A stretch of 64,000 bases of DNA from the human T2T-CHM13v2.0 reference genome, Homo sapiens (GCF_009914755.1 NC_060947.1); one strand, 5' to 3'; shown: positions 28,378-49,770, counted from the stretch's first letter. Notes: generated by a model from the letters alone, not told the origin. Numbers and translations are program-made.

Positions 28378-31336
28378 TTTTAAAAATTTAATTTCAACCA
28401 TTTATTCACGGATTCAACCCACATACTCTCACAGTTTCACACTCTTATGGTTGAAGATAATTAAACAACCAGAAAGGCTATTAAATATCATCTGCTACAA
28501 TTCCCTTATTTTAAAGGTTAAGACATTAAATCTGAAAGATTCATTATCACCCCATATTTCACATTTAATATTAGAATGACTATTGTTTTTTATTTGTTTG
28601 TTTTCAGCTTTTATTTTAGATACAGGGGGTACATGTGCATATTTGTTACATGGAAATATTGCATGATGCTGAGGTTTGGAGTATGGATCTTGTTACCCAG
28701 GTAGTGAGCAAATTTCTCGACAGGTAGTTTTTTCATCCACCTACCTCTCCCCTCTAGTAACCCACAGTGTATATTGTTCCTACACTTATGTCCATTTGTG
28801 CTCAACGTTTACCTCCCATTTATAAGTGGGAATATGCAGTATTTAATTTTCTGTTCCTGCATTAATTTGCTTAGGATTATGGCCTCCAGCTCCATTCATA
28901 TTGCTGCAAAGGACATTATTTTATTCTTTTTAATGGCTGCATAGTATTCCATTGTGTATATGTACCACATTTTCTTTATCCAATCCTCCATTGATGGACA
29001 CTTAAGTTGATTCCATGTCTTTACTTTTTAATAATAGGTATTATGAATGGTGTGAGATGGTATCTCATTGTGGTTTTGATTTGCATTTCTCTGATGATTA
29101 GTGATGCTAAGAAGTTTTTCATGTGTTTGTTGGCCACTTGTTAGTTTTCTTTTGAGACATATCTCTTCATGTCCATTGACCATTTGTAAATGGAGTTACT
29201 TGGTTTTTGCTTGTTCATTTGTTTAAGTTCCCTATGAATTCTGGATATTAGGCCTTGGTCAGATACATAGTTTGTGAATATCTTGTACTCTGTAGACTGT
29301 TTAATCTGTTAATAGTTTCTTTTGCTGTGCAGAAGCTCTTTAGTTTAATTAGGTCCCACTTGTCAATTTTTGTTTTTGTTACAATTGCTTGTGGGGATTT
29401 AGCCAAAAATTCTTTGCCAAGGTTGATATTGAGAAGAGTATTTCTTAAGTTGTCTTGCAGGAATTTTATAGTTTGAGGTCTTACATTTAAATCTTTAATC
29501 CATTTGAAGTTAATTTCTACCTGTGATAAAAAGGTAGGGGCCCAGCTTCAACCTTCTGCATATGGCTAGCCAGTTATCCCAGCACCATTCATTGAATAGG
29601 GAGTCCTTTCTCCATTTCTTGGTTTCCTTGGCCTTGTTGAAGATCAAATGGTTGTAGGTGTGTAGCTTTATTACTGAGTCTTCTATTCCGTTCCATTGGT
29701 CTATGTGTCCATTTTTGTACCAGTACCAAGTTGTTGTGGTTACTGTGGCTTTATAGTATAGTTTGAATCTGAGTAGTGTGATACCTCCAGCTTTGTTCTT
29801 TTTATTCAGGATTGCCTTGGCTATTCAGGCCCGTTTTTTGGTCCCATATGAATTGTAAAGTAGTATTTTTCTAATTCTTCACAGAATAGCTTTGGTAGTT
29901 TGAAAAGAATAGCACTGAATCTGTAAATTGCTTTTTATGATTTTGGTTCTTCCAGTCAATGAGCATGGAATATTTTTCCATTTATTTGTGTCCTCTCTGA
30001 TTTCTTTTAACAGTTCAGTAGTTCTCCTTGTAGAGATCTTTCACCTCCTTGGTAAGCTGTATTCCCAGGTGTTTTCTTTGTGCCTAATGTAAATGAAATT
30101 GTGTTCTTGATTTGACTCTCAGCTTGAATGTTATTGGTGTATAAAAGTGGTACTGATTTTTGTACATTAATTTTGTATCCTGAAACTCCTAAAGTTGTTT
30201 ATCAGTTCTAGGATCCTTTTGTCAGAGTCTTTAGGATTTTCTAGGTATAGAATCATATTGTCTTCTTTTCCTATTTGGATGCCTTTTATTTCTTTGACAG
30301 CCTAATTGCTGTGGCTAGGATTTCCATTAGTATGTTGAATAAGAGGGGTGAAAGTCAACATCCTTGTCTTGTTCCAATTTCCAAATGGAATGATTAGAGC
30401 TTTTCCCATTTAGTGTAATGTTGGCTGTGGGCTTGTCATAGATGGCTCTTATTACGTTGAGCTATGTTCCTTCAATGCCTAGTCTGTTGAAAGTTTTTAT
30501 TATGAAGGGATGTTGAATTTTATTGAAAGCATATTCTGCATGTATTGAGATGATCGTATGGTTTTTGCTTTTGATTCTGTTTATGTGGTGAATCACATTT
30601 ATTAATTTTCATATGCTTAGCAAGCCTCGTATCCTAGAAATAAAGCCTACTTGATTGTGGTGTTGGAACTTTTTGATGTACTGCTGGATTCAATTTCCTA
30701 GTATTTTGTTGAGGAATTTTGCATCTGTGTTCATGAGGGATATTGGTCTGAAGTTTTTATTTTTCATTGTGTCTCTGCCAGATTTTGGTATCAGGCTGAT
30801 GCTGGCTTCATAGGAAGAGTTAAGGAGAGGCTCCTTATCCTCGATTTTTTAGAATAGTTTTGGTAGGATTGGTGTCAGTTCTTTGTATGTCTGGTAGAAT
30901 TTGGCTATGAATCCATCTGCCACAGGGCTTTTTTTGTTTGGTAGTTTCTTTATTATTGATTCAATTTCAGAAGTTGATGTTGATCTAGTCAGAGTTTCAA
31001 TCTCTTCCTGATTCAATTTTGGGAGATTTTGTGCTTCCAAAAATTTATTCATTTCTTCTAGATTTTCTAATTTGTATACATAGAGTTTTTCATAGTCGTC
31101 TCTGAGGATCTTTTTACTTCTGTGGGATCAGTTGTAATGTCACCTTTGTTGTTTCTGGTTGTGCTTATTTTGATCTTCTCTTTCTTTTTCTTTGTTAATC
31201 TAGCTAGAGGTCTATTAATCTTATTTATTTTTTGAGAACCAACTCTTTGTTTCATTAATCTTTTGTATAAATTTTTGCATCACAATTTCATTAAGTTCTT
31301 CTCTAATCTTAGTTATTTATTTTCTTCTGCTAGCTC
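28378..31336 (-). mobile_element. L1PA15/16-like element (28583-31336) with ~200-bp 3' transduction (28382-28582)
   Basis: TSD ACACTCAAATAATCTT (28362-28377) / ACCCTCAAGTAATCTT (31337-31352); internal deletion near 29022. Confidence 0.85.
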
Positions 31337-31814
31337 ACCCTCAAGTAATCTTAATCCATAGTTGGGCACAGGTGACTTGTCCTTGCACATGCCATAAGGG
31401 ACATAAAACCTCTCTGTGAGTAGATGATCTAATCTAGTGACTCCACATTATTTTGTATACATATACACACACAAATATAATATCTGACATCAAATTTTTA
31501 AAAAATACAAGTCTTGTCAGAAGAGAAAACCAAATAATCAAAATATCAAGCGAACAAAACAAGCAATAATAAGAGACCCACAAATGATACATAAAATGGA
31601 GCTATTAGCACATACTTTAATTGTGATTAATATGTTTAAGGACATAAATTACAACATATAAAAGTTCACCATAGAACTAGAACCTATAAAATAATAAATA
31701 GATAATTGTAGAGTTAAACAGTAGCAACTCAAATGAAGAACTTAATATAGGGGTTAAACAAGAGATTAGAGTAACAGAAGACAGGGTAAGTGAATTAGAT
31801 GAGTGATTAATAGA

Positions 31815-33321
31815 TAAAGATGCCCACCTTTACCACTGTAATTCAACATTTTAGTGAAAGTTATAGCCAGATGAATCAGGAAAGAAAAAGAAACAAAAGA
31901 CATGCAAATAATAAAGAAATAGTTAAAACTATCTTTATTCACAGATGACAAAATCCTACAAGTAAAGAATATACTAAATAATATATACAAATGTTATGTT
32001 GTTAAGGATAATAATAACTGAAATCTGCAAAGTTTCTAGGTACGGATCAACTTGCAAAAATTAGTTGTATTTTCGTACACTAGGACTGAAAAATCTGAAA
32101 AAAAATTTAAGAATGTAATTTTATTTATAATAGCATGAAAACATAAAAGAGTAGTAAATTTAACCACAAAGGTGTAGGACTCTTACAATGAAAATTTTAA
32201 AATGTTGAAAGAAATTAAGTGTGAATTGCCTAAAAAAAAGGAAAGTCATTTCGTGTTCATGGATTGTAAGACTTAATATTGCTAAGATGTCTATATTTTC
32301 TAAAGTGATAAGTAGATTAATTGCAAATCCCATAAAAATCTCAATGGCCTATTTTACAGAAATGGAAAAGTTGATCCTGAAATTCATATGGAATTACAAG
32401 GGGCCTTGAATTGCCAAAACAATACTGAAAAAGAAGAGTGAATTTGGAGGACTCACACTTCCTGATTCCAAAACATATTAAAAAGCTACAGTAATCAAAA
32501 TGGTCAAGTATGGGTATAAGGATAAACATATAAATCAATGGAATATAATTGAGAATCCAAACAAAAATAGATACATGTATGGTCAACTGATTTGTGACAA
32601 GGTTTCCAAGACCATTCAAAGGAGGAAATAATAATCTCTTCAACAAATGATGCTAGGACAATTGTATAACCACATACAAAAGAATGAAGTAGAATTCTTA
32701 CCTTACACAATATACAAAGATTAACTCAAAATGGATCAAAGATATAAATGCAAGATGTGAAACTATAAAATTCTTAGAAGAGAACATAAGGGTACATATT
32801 CATTACCTTGAAATTGGCAACAGATTTTTAAAATATGACGAAGCAACAGAATAAATAAGTAAATTGGAATTCATCAAAATTTTGAAAATTGTCAATGGGA
32901 AGGCACTATCAAGAAACTGAAGGCAAACTATTGAGTGGTAAAAATACTTAAAGATCATATATGTGATAAGTGTCTAATATCCAAAATATGTAAAGAAAAG
33001 CTAAAACTCAACAACAAAATGACAAGCAACCCAATTAAAATAAGCAAAGGATTTGAAGAGACATTTCTCCAAAGAAGGTATACAAATGGACAACAGGCAC
33101 ATTAAAAAATGTTCAACGTTTGTCATTAGGAAAATGCAAATCAAAACCACAATAATATGTTAGTTTACATTCACTAAGATGGTTGACACTAAAGAAATAA
33201 AAATGGAAGATAATAAGTGCTGGTGAAGATATGGAGAAATTTGAACCCTTATATATTGCAGGTGGGAATGCAAAATGTTGCGGCCCCTTTGGAAATCTGT
33301 TTGGCAGTGCCTAAAGAAGTT
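31815..33321 (+). mobile_element. L1MB-type ORF2 region; resumes at 38951-39500 with the 3' end
   Basis: Degenerate RT (TTATTCACAGATGACA); TTGGCAGTGCCTAAAGAAGTT joins AATCATAGAATTA at 38959. Confidence 0.85.
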
Positions 33322-34555
33322 TTTGTTTTTTAAATGTATATAGAGTTTCATGATCTTTCTGCACTTGCTCCTATTATGTTTTGACACAATTTGAAAAAAT
33401 GAGTTATGGTTGAAAACACTTAAGTAGAATCAAACAAAGACTTACGAAGAAGAAACGTAAATTAACTATTGGAAATTGAATCCAGTTTAACCTGGACTTT
33501 CTCAATTATTTATTTTCCCTTTTTAAGCTAAGCAATAGAACTTTTACATCATACCAAAGAACATGGCTTTACAAAATGAGATTACTCAACCTCCATCTAA
33601 AATGAAGGTTAAGATTTTGTTCTTTGGCAATCTTAATATTTGCTAGAATAGTATAAAACAGAATGACAAAATGTCTAAGAATTTATACACTAAAGGGACT
33701 TTCAAAATTCTTATAAAGCGCCTCAGAATTTTTTTAACTTTTATTTTAAGTTCAGGGGTACACATGCAGGCTTGTTATATAGGTAAATTTGTGTCACGGG
33801 GATTTGTTGTACAGATTATTTCGTCATCCATGTATTAGGCCCAGTACCCATTAGTTATGTTTCCTGATCCTCTCCCTCCTCCCAACATCCACCGTCTGGT
33901 AGGTCCCAGTGTGTGTTGTTCTCTTTTATGTGTCCATGTGTTCTCATCATTTAGCTCCCACTTATAAGTGAGAACATGCAATATTTGATTTTCTGTTCCT
34001 ACATTAGTTTGCTAAAGACAATGACCTCCAGCTCCATCCACAATCCTGCAGATAACATGATTTCATTCTTTTTTGCGGCTGCATAATATTCCATGTTGTA
34101 TATCTGCCACATTTTCTTTATCCAGTCTACCATTTATGGGTATTTAGGTTGATTCCATGTCTTTTACTATTGGGAATAGTGCTGCAATGAAAATATGTGT
34201 GTATGTGTGTTTATAATAGAACAACTTATATTCCTTTGGGCATATACCCAGTAATGTGATTGTTGTGTTCAATGGTACTGCTGTTTTTAGATCTTTGAGG
34301 AATCATCACACTATTCTCCACAATGGTTGAACTAATTTACATTCCCACCAATAGTGTGTAAGTGTTCCCTTTTCTCTGCAACCTTACCAGCAACTGTTAT
34401 TTTTTTTTTTTTTACTTTTTAATAATATCCATTTTCGTTGGTGTGTGATGGTATCTCATTGTGGTTTTGATTTGCATTTCTCAACGATCACTGATGTTGA
34501 AATTTTTTGTAATGTTTCTGTTGGCCGCATGTATCTCTTGTTTTGAGAAGTGTTC

Positions 34556-35677
<1,122 letters not shown>

Positions 35678-35711
35678 AGAAGTGTTCGTTCATGTCCTTT
35701 GGCCACTTTTT

Positions 35712-38190
<2,479 letters not shown>

Positions 38191-39499
38191 TAGACCATTG
38201 TTGGATGCATAGTTCGCAAATATTTTCTCCCATTCTGTAGGATGTCTGTTTACTCTGTTGTTAGTTTCTTTTGCTGTGCGGAAGCTCTTTAGTTTAATTA
38301 GATCCCATTTCTCAATTTTTCTTTTGTTGCAATTGTTTTTGGTGTCTTCGTCATAAAATCTTTGCCCATTCCTATGTCCAGAGTGGTACTGCCTAAGTTG
38401 TCTTCCAGGGTTTTTATAGTTTTGGGTTTTATATTTAAGTCTTTCATCCATCTTGAGTTTATTTTTGTATATGGTATAAGGAAGAGGTCCAGTTTTAATC
38501 TTATGTATATGGCTAGCCAGTTATCCCAGCACATTTATTGACAAGGAAATCTTTTCCCCTTTGCTTGTGTTTTTTGACTTTGTTGAAGATCAGATAGTTG
38601 TAGGTGTATGACCTTATTTCTGGGCTATTTTGTTCCTTTGATTTATGCATCTGTTTTTGTACCAGTACCAAGATGTTTCGGTTTCTGCAGCTCTGTAGTA
38701 TAGTTTGAAGTCGGGTAGTGTGATGCCTCCAGCTTTGTTCTTCTTGCTTAAGATTGCCTTGGCTATTTGGGCTCTTTTTTGGGTTCATATGAATTTTAAA
38801 TTACTTTTTCTAGTTCTATGAAGAATGTCATTGGTGGTTTGATAGGAATAGCATTGAATCTGTAAATTATTTGGGGCAGTATGGCCATTTTAATGATATT
38901 GATTCTTCCTATTCATGAGCATGGGATGTTTCTCCATTTGTTTGTGTCACAAGAAGTTAATCATAGAATTATCACTTCACCAAACAATTCTAGTCCTGTG
39001 TATATACCCCCCAAAATTGAAAACAAATGTTCAAAGAAATACTTGTATATGAGTGCTCCAAGCAGCATTATTCATAATAACCAGCAAGCAGAAGCAACTC
39101 AAATGTCCATCAAATGATGAATACATAAGCAACATGTGATATATCCACACAATGAAATATTATTAAGCCATAAAGGAATGGAGTACTGGTACATGCTACG
39201 ACATTGATAAACCTTGAAAACACCGTATTATGTTATTCCTTTTATATAAAATGTTTAGAATAGACAAATTTACAGAGACAAAAGCCAGATTTGCGCTTTC
39301 CAGGTCCTGGTGGTAGGGTTTATAGAGAGAGTGACTGCTTAGTGGGCATGAGATTTCCTTTTGCGGTCAATGAACATGTTCCGGAACTAGATCGATAATG
39401 ATTACACAACACTGTGAATGTCCTAAATGTCACTGGGTTATACACTTTAAAATGGTTAGGATAGCAAATTTAATAAGCATATTTTACCACAATTAAACA

Positions 39500-41009
39500 A
39501 CGAAACATGAATCTTAGAAAAATTCTTCCAAGAATAGTAAACAAACATAATATTTTGAAACGTATTTTATGAGACCTGAAAAGTATTGATACCAAAACCT
39601 AAAATGGGTTCCAAAAGAAAGAAAAAGTATAGGCCTACCTTCCTCATAGATGCAAAAATCCCAAATAAAACTTTTTCAAACTGAACCTACAGACATAGAA
39701 AAGGGAGAATACCTAGTGGGGTTTATTTTAAGAATGCAGTATTTGTTTGGTATTTGAAAATAAATGAGAAAAGACATGAAGAAACCTTGTATTTTGGAAT
39801 GAAAAGACATGAATCTAATCATTAACCTGGTCTTGATCCACAGCCAATCTACAGACCCTGAATGAGAAATATATCTTTGTTGTTTAATTACATAGGAATT
39901 TTTGAAGTTAATATTTAGCAAAAGTTAAATAATAGATATGGATTTACCATATTTATGACTTGGTAACCAATATTGGAAAAATGTCAACTGTCTCAAAATT
40001 AAGCCATAGTTAGTACATGTAGAATCAAAATCTTAGTATTATTTTTTGTTGTTGGAGAACTTAATAACCTGACTCTAAAATATATGTGGAAATCAAAGTG
40101 CCAAAAGTAGCAAAGTGTATCTTGAAGGGAAAGAACAAAATAGGAAGGCTTACAATGATAAATAGCAAGACATGTTAAAAAAAAAGGTATAGTAATTAAA
40201 ACAATGTGGCATTGACACAGAGACACAAATAGATGAAACAAAATAGAGTCCGTAATCATCCATATATAGATCTTATAAGATCTTCTGATTTATGACAAAG
40301 ATGACTCTTTAATCCAGAGGGGAATAGATGATTTTTAAAACAAATGGTCTGAATGTATAAGTTACCCATGCATTGGGGAAAAAAAAATCAAATCCTAACG
40401 AGTATATCACACCATACACAAAGATCAATTCCATATGGATAGTAAGCATAAATGCAAAAATTAAAACAATTAAACTTTTTAAGGATAATATAGAATATCT
40501 TCATGACTTTGGAGTAAGCAATACTTTCTTAAATTAGAAAAAAGGCATAATAAAAATATTGATAATTTAGACCTCATTGAAATTATGAACACTGATCATC
40601 AAAAGATACCATTAAAAGATAAAAACTTGCAAGCCATAAAGTGGACTAATATACTGGCAATATATATTAGACAATGCATCCAGAATGTATTTGTGTGTGC
40701 TTTTATACACAAATACTCCAGAAAATCATTAAGAAAAAGACAGAAATCCTCCCCTCACCAAAATGGTCAAAATACTTCACAGGGACTTCAGCAAGAAGAA
40801 TAAACAAATAACTAATATATGAAAAGATACTGAAAATAATTAGTCATCAGGGAAATTCAAATTAAAACAGTGATGAAATTCCACTGCCTACACAAATCAG
40901 AACAGTTAAAAAAAGAGGCAGAAATTAGCAAGTGCTGAAAAGTTATAGAGAAACTGGATCTCTCATTGACTGCTGGTGAGAATGTAATTGGTACATTTTT
41001 TCTGTTCTC

Positions 41010-41010
<1 letters not shown>
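39500..41010 (+). mobile_element. Ancient L1M/L1ME ORF2 remnants
   Basis: GATACCAAAACCT, TAGTAATTAAAACAATGTGGCATTG, TTAGTCATCAGGGAAATTCAAATTAAAAC. Confidence 0.7.
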
Positions 41011-44650
<3,640 letters not shown>

Positions 44651-45529
44651 GTTTATTAGTCTAATAATTGAGGAAAGTTTGTGGATGTCATGGCCCAACC
44701 TCAGTTTTAGACAGAATCTGTGTGGCTAGGTCTCAAAGATGGTGTTTCCTCTGTGTTCCTTTCCTGCTTCTCCTCTCCATAGGAGCCAACCTCTGCCTTG
44801 TTTTGGTGGCAGAGACAGTTTTCTGCCTCTTCCTTAGTCACTGTAGAATTATAATTGTATTGCTAGACCTCTTTAGCTCAGAACTGTTTCTGCCACTCTC
44901 CCACGGTGTTTTTGTTTTGCTTTTTTTAGGGGGCGGGGGGAAGTTGGGAGGGACCTCTATCAATTTCCAAGCAGTAATTTGCGTTTACCTATCTCTGTAG
45001 GTAACAAAATTAGCTTCTCTTGTTCCTGGTGACTTAAGCATTTTGCTTCATGTGAAGGAAGATTTTGAAGAGAATATTTGGTCATCTTGGTTTTTGTGCA
45101 GTGACATCCAATACCTTCTTACGTGTCTGCACCACCAAGGTGGACTCTGTTCTCCCACACCGGAATCAATCTTTCTGACAAAAAACCCAGTAGAGGTTCA
45201 AGGAAAAGAGTTCATGAGTGAGTCCAAAGTTCTCTGGTGTCTAGGGCTCCCAGGCATCCTGTACAGTCATGCTAGACATGCTCGGCCTTTGGAATTTGTT
45301 AAAAGTTAAATGATTATCTTACCTGTTTGTATGGCCACTAGTACTTCTTTCTCCTATGCTCTGATGCAGATGAACTGGTACACATATCGTGTCTCTCTTT
45401 GTGACCTCAGATTACTGATTGTATCAAGAAATATTAGAATTTTGTACTTTACCTTATTACTCTTGGTGTTAAGGTGGGAGCAATGTTTTTCCAAGCTTCT
45501 ATAATCTAGGTGGAAATGGAATTTTGTAT

Positions 45530-46035
45530 TAGTACTTTTGAAAAGACTGGAGGCATCTGCCAAATCTAGGCATATGCATATTCTATGAACCACCAGTTCC
45601 ACTTCTACATATACAAATAAGAATGTGTACCAAAATTCACACACAAGAATGTTCATAGTAGCATTTTATCATAGTAGCATTAGCTTAAATCTGAAAAAAA
45701 GGTAAATCTCTTAAAATACTATAATGGCAAAATAAATCGTTGTACATTTATACAATGAAATACTATATACCAATGAAAATAAATAAACTATTAAAAGCAA
45801 CAACATAAATGAATCTCACACAAAAATTTAAAATAAAAAATGTAACAAGGGAATCTCGCAAACATAATTTGAATAAAATAGGTCAGATAGAGAATACATG
45901 CTGTGTGATGCTGTGTGATTCCACTATTATAAAGTTCAAAACAGGCAAAACAATGAGATTAAAATCAGAAGAGTAATTATCTCTGGGTTGATTGGATAGG
46001 GAAGTTAGAAAAGTCGGAAGGGAATTTCTGGGATG
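45530..46035 (+). mobile_element. L1ME-type 3' end
   Basis: CAAGAATGTTCATAGTAGCA...ATGAATCTCACA...TAAAGTTCAAAACAGGCAAAAC. Confidence 0.75.
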
Positions 46036-46054
46036 CTTGTTATGTTCTATTCCT

Positions 46055-46282
46055 TTTTCCTTTTTTGTTTAGTAAACATTTTTTGGAACAATTTTCTATT
46101 TACAGTAAAATTGTGAACACAGTATTGAGAATTCTCACATATTCCATAGCAGTTTCCTTATTTTAATATCTTACATTAATATATTATTATATAATTATGA
46201 ACCCACATTAATATATTATTATTAACTAAAGTCCATACTTAATTCAGATTACCTTAGTATTTACCTAATTTTCCTTTTCTGT
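46055..46282 (-). mobile_element. L1MC-type 3' end
   Basis: ATTATTATTAACTAAAGTCCATACTT...CAGATT...CCTTTTCTGTTCC. Confidence 0.7.
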
Positions 46283-47484
46283 TCCACAATTCCATCAGGA
46301 TGACATACGGCACAGCAGAAATTGATCATCAGCTGGAAATGATATATAACAGGTAAGGCTGAAGTAGGCCTGGAAAATTCAGGTAAGTTGCATAAGCAAG
46401 TGACTCAGACTGATACCTGCTATATTGAATCTTCTCACTGTATTTACAACTATGGCTTAATATAGACCAGTTGACTGAGAAGGAAATATCAGATCTATTT
46501 TATAGACATTTCTGCATGATATTCTGGAAGTGGACAGGTGTAGCGTTAAAGCCCCACTCAGAGGTAGCCCTGAAAGATAGGGGTGAAGGGAATTTTCCCA
46601 GTTGGCAAAGCTTCATGCTGTATGTTTCGCTGTTTACTTAGTCTGGAATAAAAGATGTCCAGAGGTACCAGTCTTTACTAATTTGTTATCACTTCTTAAT
46701 GATTTGGCTGTATGGCCAGGGACTTTGAAAGAATGCAATTGGAAGATTGGTGACAATGAAAGACCACTCAGAATGGTCACAGAGCGTGAAGGTATTTGTA
46801 TGTCATATGAATGCTCACTAAAGGGCATATACTGCAGAGAAGGTTCAATAATTATGTGGACAAAAAAAAAACACATTCTGTGAATTTCTGTTGGCCCTTT
46901 TTTTTAGTCACGCAAATCCTTACTCAACAGGTTCCATAAACAGAGTGGCTGTAGTGGCAGGGATAGAAGTTAACAAATAGGCTCAACAACTTATCTGGTT
47001 ACTATGACTGTTGATTACCTTACCTGTCAACATAAGAGAAGAGTACTGAGCCCTGGACATGGCAACATTTCCTTGGGGGAGACCAGCTAGCCATGTGGTG
47101 GCAGCTTGATTATAATGGCCTTTATTCCGTCAATGAGAAAGAAGTGGTTCATCCCCACTGGAATTGACATGTTATGAATATGAGTTTGGCTCCTCTGTCT
47201 AAAATACTTCTGTGAACATCACAGTTCATTAACTTATTGGTTGCCTAATCAACCATAATAGTAATTGAACGTAGTATTGCTTTTGATGAAGGAAATCATT
47301 TCACTGCAAAATAATTGAAAATGTGCTCATGCTGAAGTAATTCACTGTTTTACCACATACCTCATTACTCAGAAGTATCTGGCATAATACAATGATATAA
47401 TAGTGTACTATGGGGTTAAAACAACCAGAAATGTTGTGGTTCTATTTTACAGGATGTGCTATATGCTTTGAACTAGGAACCAGT

Positions 47485-47852
47485 TGTCTTAGTTTGCACA
47501 GGATGCCATAACAAAATTCCATAGATTGGGTGGCTTAAACAACAGAAATCTATTTTCTCATAATTCTGGAAGCTGTAAGTCCGAAGTTGACGTTCCAGTA
47601 GAGTTCTGGTGAGGGTCTACTACTTAGTTTCCCAAAGGCCACCTTCTCACTCTGTCTTCACATGAAAAAAGAGTGATGTCTGGGTCTCTCTCCTCTTTTA
47701 TGAGAATACCTGTTCTATTGGTTCAGGGTTTCATCCTTATGACCACATTTAACCTTAATCACCTCCTTAAAGGCCCTGTCTCCAATACAATCAGACGGGG
47801 AGTTAGGGCTTCAACATATAAATTTTAAAGGTACATAATTTAGTCCATAACA
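47485..47852 (-). mobile_element. MLT1A/B-like MaLR solo LTR
   Basis: TGTCTTAGTTTG...GGGTGGCTTAAACAACAGAAAT...TTAGGGCTTCAACATAT...GTCCATAACA. Confidence 0.88.
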
Positions 47853-48079
47853 CCCAGAGTGTGAATCAAGGAGTCTCATTCCATTGAATTGTAAGGTGAG
47901 ACAATGACCTGATCATTTTGAGATCTTCATTCTACTGAACCATGAGGTAAAGAAGGATTATTATAATGGCTGGTATGATTGATCCTGATAACCAAGTGGA
48001 ATTGGGTTGCTGCTACATAATGAAGGCAGAGAGTACTATATCTGGAACAGTGGAGATTCTCCTGTGCCTTTTTTAAATA

Positions 48080-48426
48080 CAGTTATGCACCACATAACAA
48101 CATTTCAGTCAATGATAGATCATGCATGTGACAGTGGTTCCATAAGGTTATATTGTATCTTTACTACCCCTTTTCTATGGTTGGATGTGTTTAGATACAC
48201 AAATACTTACCATTTTGTTACAATTGCCTGCATTGTATTCAATACAGTAATATGCTGTACAGGTGTGGAGCCTAGGAGCAATAAGCTGTACTATGTAGCC
48301 TAGGTGCGTGGTAGGCTTTACCATCTAGGTTTGTCTAAATACACTCTATGATGATTACACAATGATAAAATCGCCTAATGATGCATTTCTCAGAATGTAT
48401 CCCCATCATTAAGCAATGCATGACTG
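48080..48426 (+). mobile_element. Tigger3a (MER7A)-like TcMar DNA transposon
   Basis: Terminal inverted repeats CAGTTATGCA / TGCATGACTG, TA on both sides, 347 bp. Confidence 0.92.
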
Positions 48427-48984
48427 TACTTCCACCAAAATAAAAGTTAATGGGAAATTATAGTAACAACAACAACAAAAAAAAAAGGTAGGACCATTAA
48501 GCTTCAGATTTTTCAGGGATGAAGGTTTGAGTCATGCTACCAGATAAAGAATTCCATCCAGTTGAGGTCACAGGTGAAGGCAAAGAGCAAGTTAAAAATT
48601 CCACTATGGTCTCATGACAAGGTACAGAAACATGGATTATAATAGCTATTCATATTTTTTCCTTTCTCTTATATTTCCTCATACTATTTAATACAAGTTT
48701 ATTTGGTGGTTAACTTTACAATTTTATCTTTTTATAAAAGAATATTCAGCACTGTGACTGAATTTGTGGAGAAATTAATATATCTCAGAGCCAGATTATG
48801 TGATTGTTTCCCAGAAGTAGATGCAAAAATTTTAGGGTCTTTCCATCTCCTCACTTTGAAGAAAGGATGAGAATGTCTACTTTTGTACAGAGGATACTCT
48901 GTTCTTATCAGGCAGACACATAGAGTGGTTGTGTTGTTTCATGAAAGTGTAGAAGTATGGTATAGAAGTATAGAAGGGTACGTA

Positions 48985-49208
48985 TGCAACCTCTGCCTCC
49001 TGGGTTCAAGCAATTCTTGTGCCTCAGCCTCCCAAGAAGCTGGTATTACACGTGTGTGCCACCACACCTGGCTAATTTTTGTATTTTTAGTAGAGACAGG
49101 GTTTCATCATGTTGGCCAGGCTGGTCTCGAAGTCCTGGCCTCAAGTGATCTGCCCACTTCAGCCTCCTAAAGTGCTGGGATTACAGGTGTAAGCCACCAT
49201 GCCCGGCC
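48985..49208 (-). mobile_element. Alu lacking its 3' end and tail
   Basis: Begins abruptly at TGCAACCTCTGCCTCC; intact 5' end ...GCCCGGCC. Confidence 0.93.
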
Positions 49209-49609
49209 TTAGCAATACACTTCTGTTATCTGCTAGTCTATTCTCTAACTCTGCTCATTACTCAACAGTTCACAGGGAAAGTCTATGGGCTCAGAAAGCT
49301 AACAGAAGGGCTAGCTTGCCTTTTTATTTCAGTCTGCCATCCCATTTCTACCTTGGGATATGGGTTTCTCTTTCCCCAGTGCCACACATGTACAGCCAAT
49401 CCATCTGAATGGCTTCCAAGCCTTAAAACCCAGGGTCCTCTTCTTTATTTAAATCCCATCAGAGGCTCCTTAAAGATGGGTTGACTGAGTTTCATAATCC
49501 TATCCTATGCCCTGGGTGAGTCTTAAAGCTCATGGACTCAATGGAGAAGCCCAGAAGTAAAGACTGCAGCTCCAAATAATCTTCAGAGTAGGGCACAGAG
49601 AGGTATGAA

Positions 49610-49770
49610 GAGCCTTAGTCCAGGAGGTGGGGGTGGGGTGTGGGGAAGGAGATCCAGTCCTAGTCCGGCACTGTCACTCACTTCATCTATGACTTTTAAT
49701 GGGTCAGTTACTTACTCTGAACCTTCTATTTCCCATTTGTCCACTAATGGGATTAAACTAGATGATCTCT
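49610..49770 (+). mobile_element. MIR fragment
   Basis: GTCCTAGTCCGGCACTGTCACT...GTTACTTACTCTGAACCT...AACTAGATGATCTCTAAG. Confidence 0.6.

Larger units (their letters stand above)
46285..48980 (+). mobile_element. ERVL-type internal pol remnant (RNase H, integrase, dUTPase region)
   Basis: GAAGTGGACAGGTGTAGCGTTAAAGCCCCACTCAGAGGTAGCCCTGAAAGATAGGGGTGAAGGG...CAGTTGGCAAAGCTT corresponds to the ERVL motif WTAAALQPHSGVALKDSGEGKSSQWAEL; no open frame. Confidence 0.8.
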
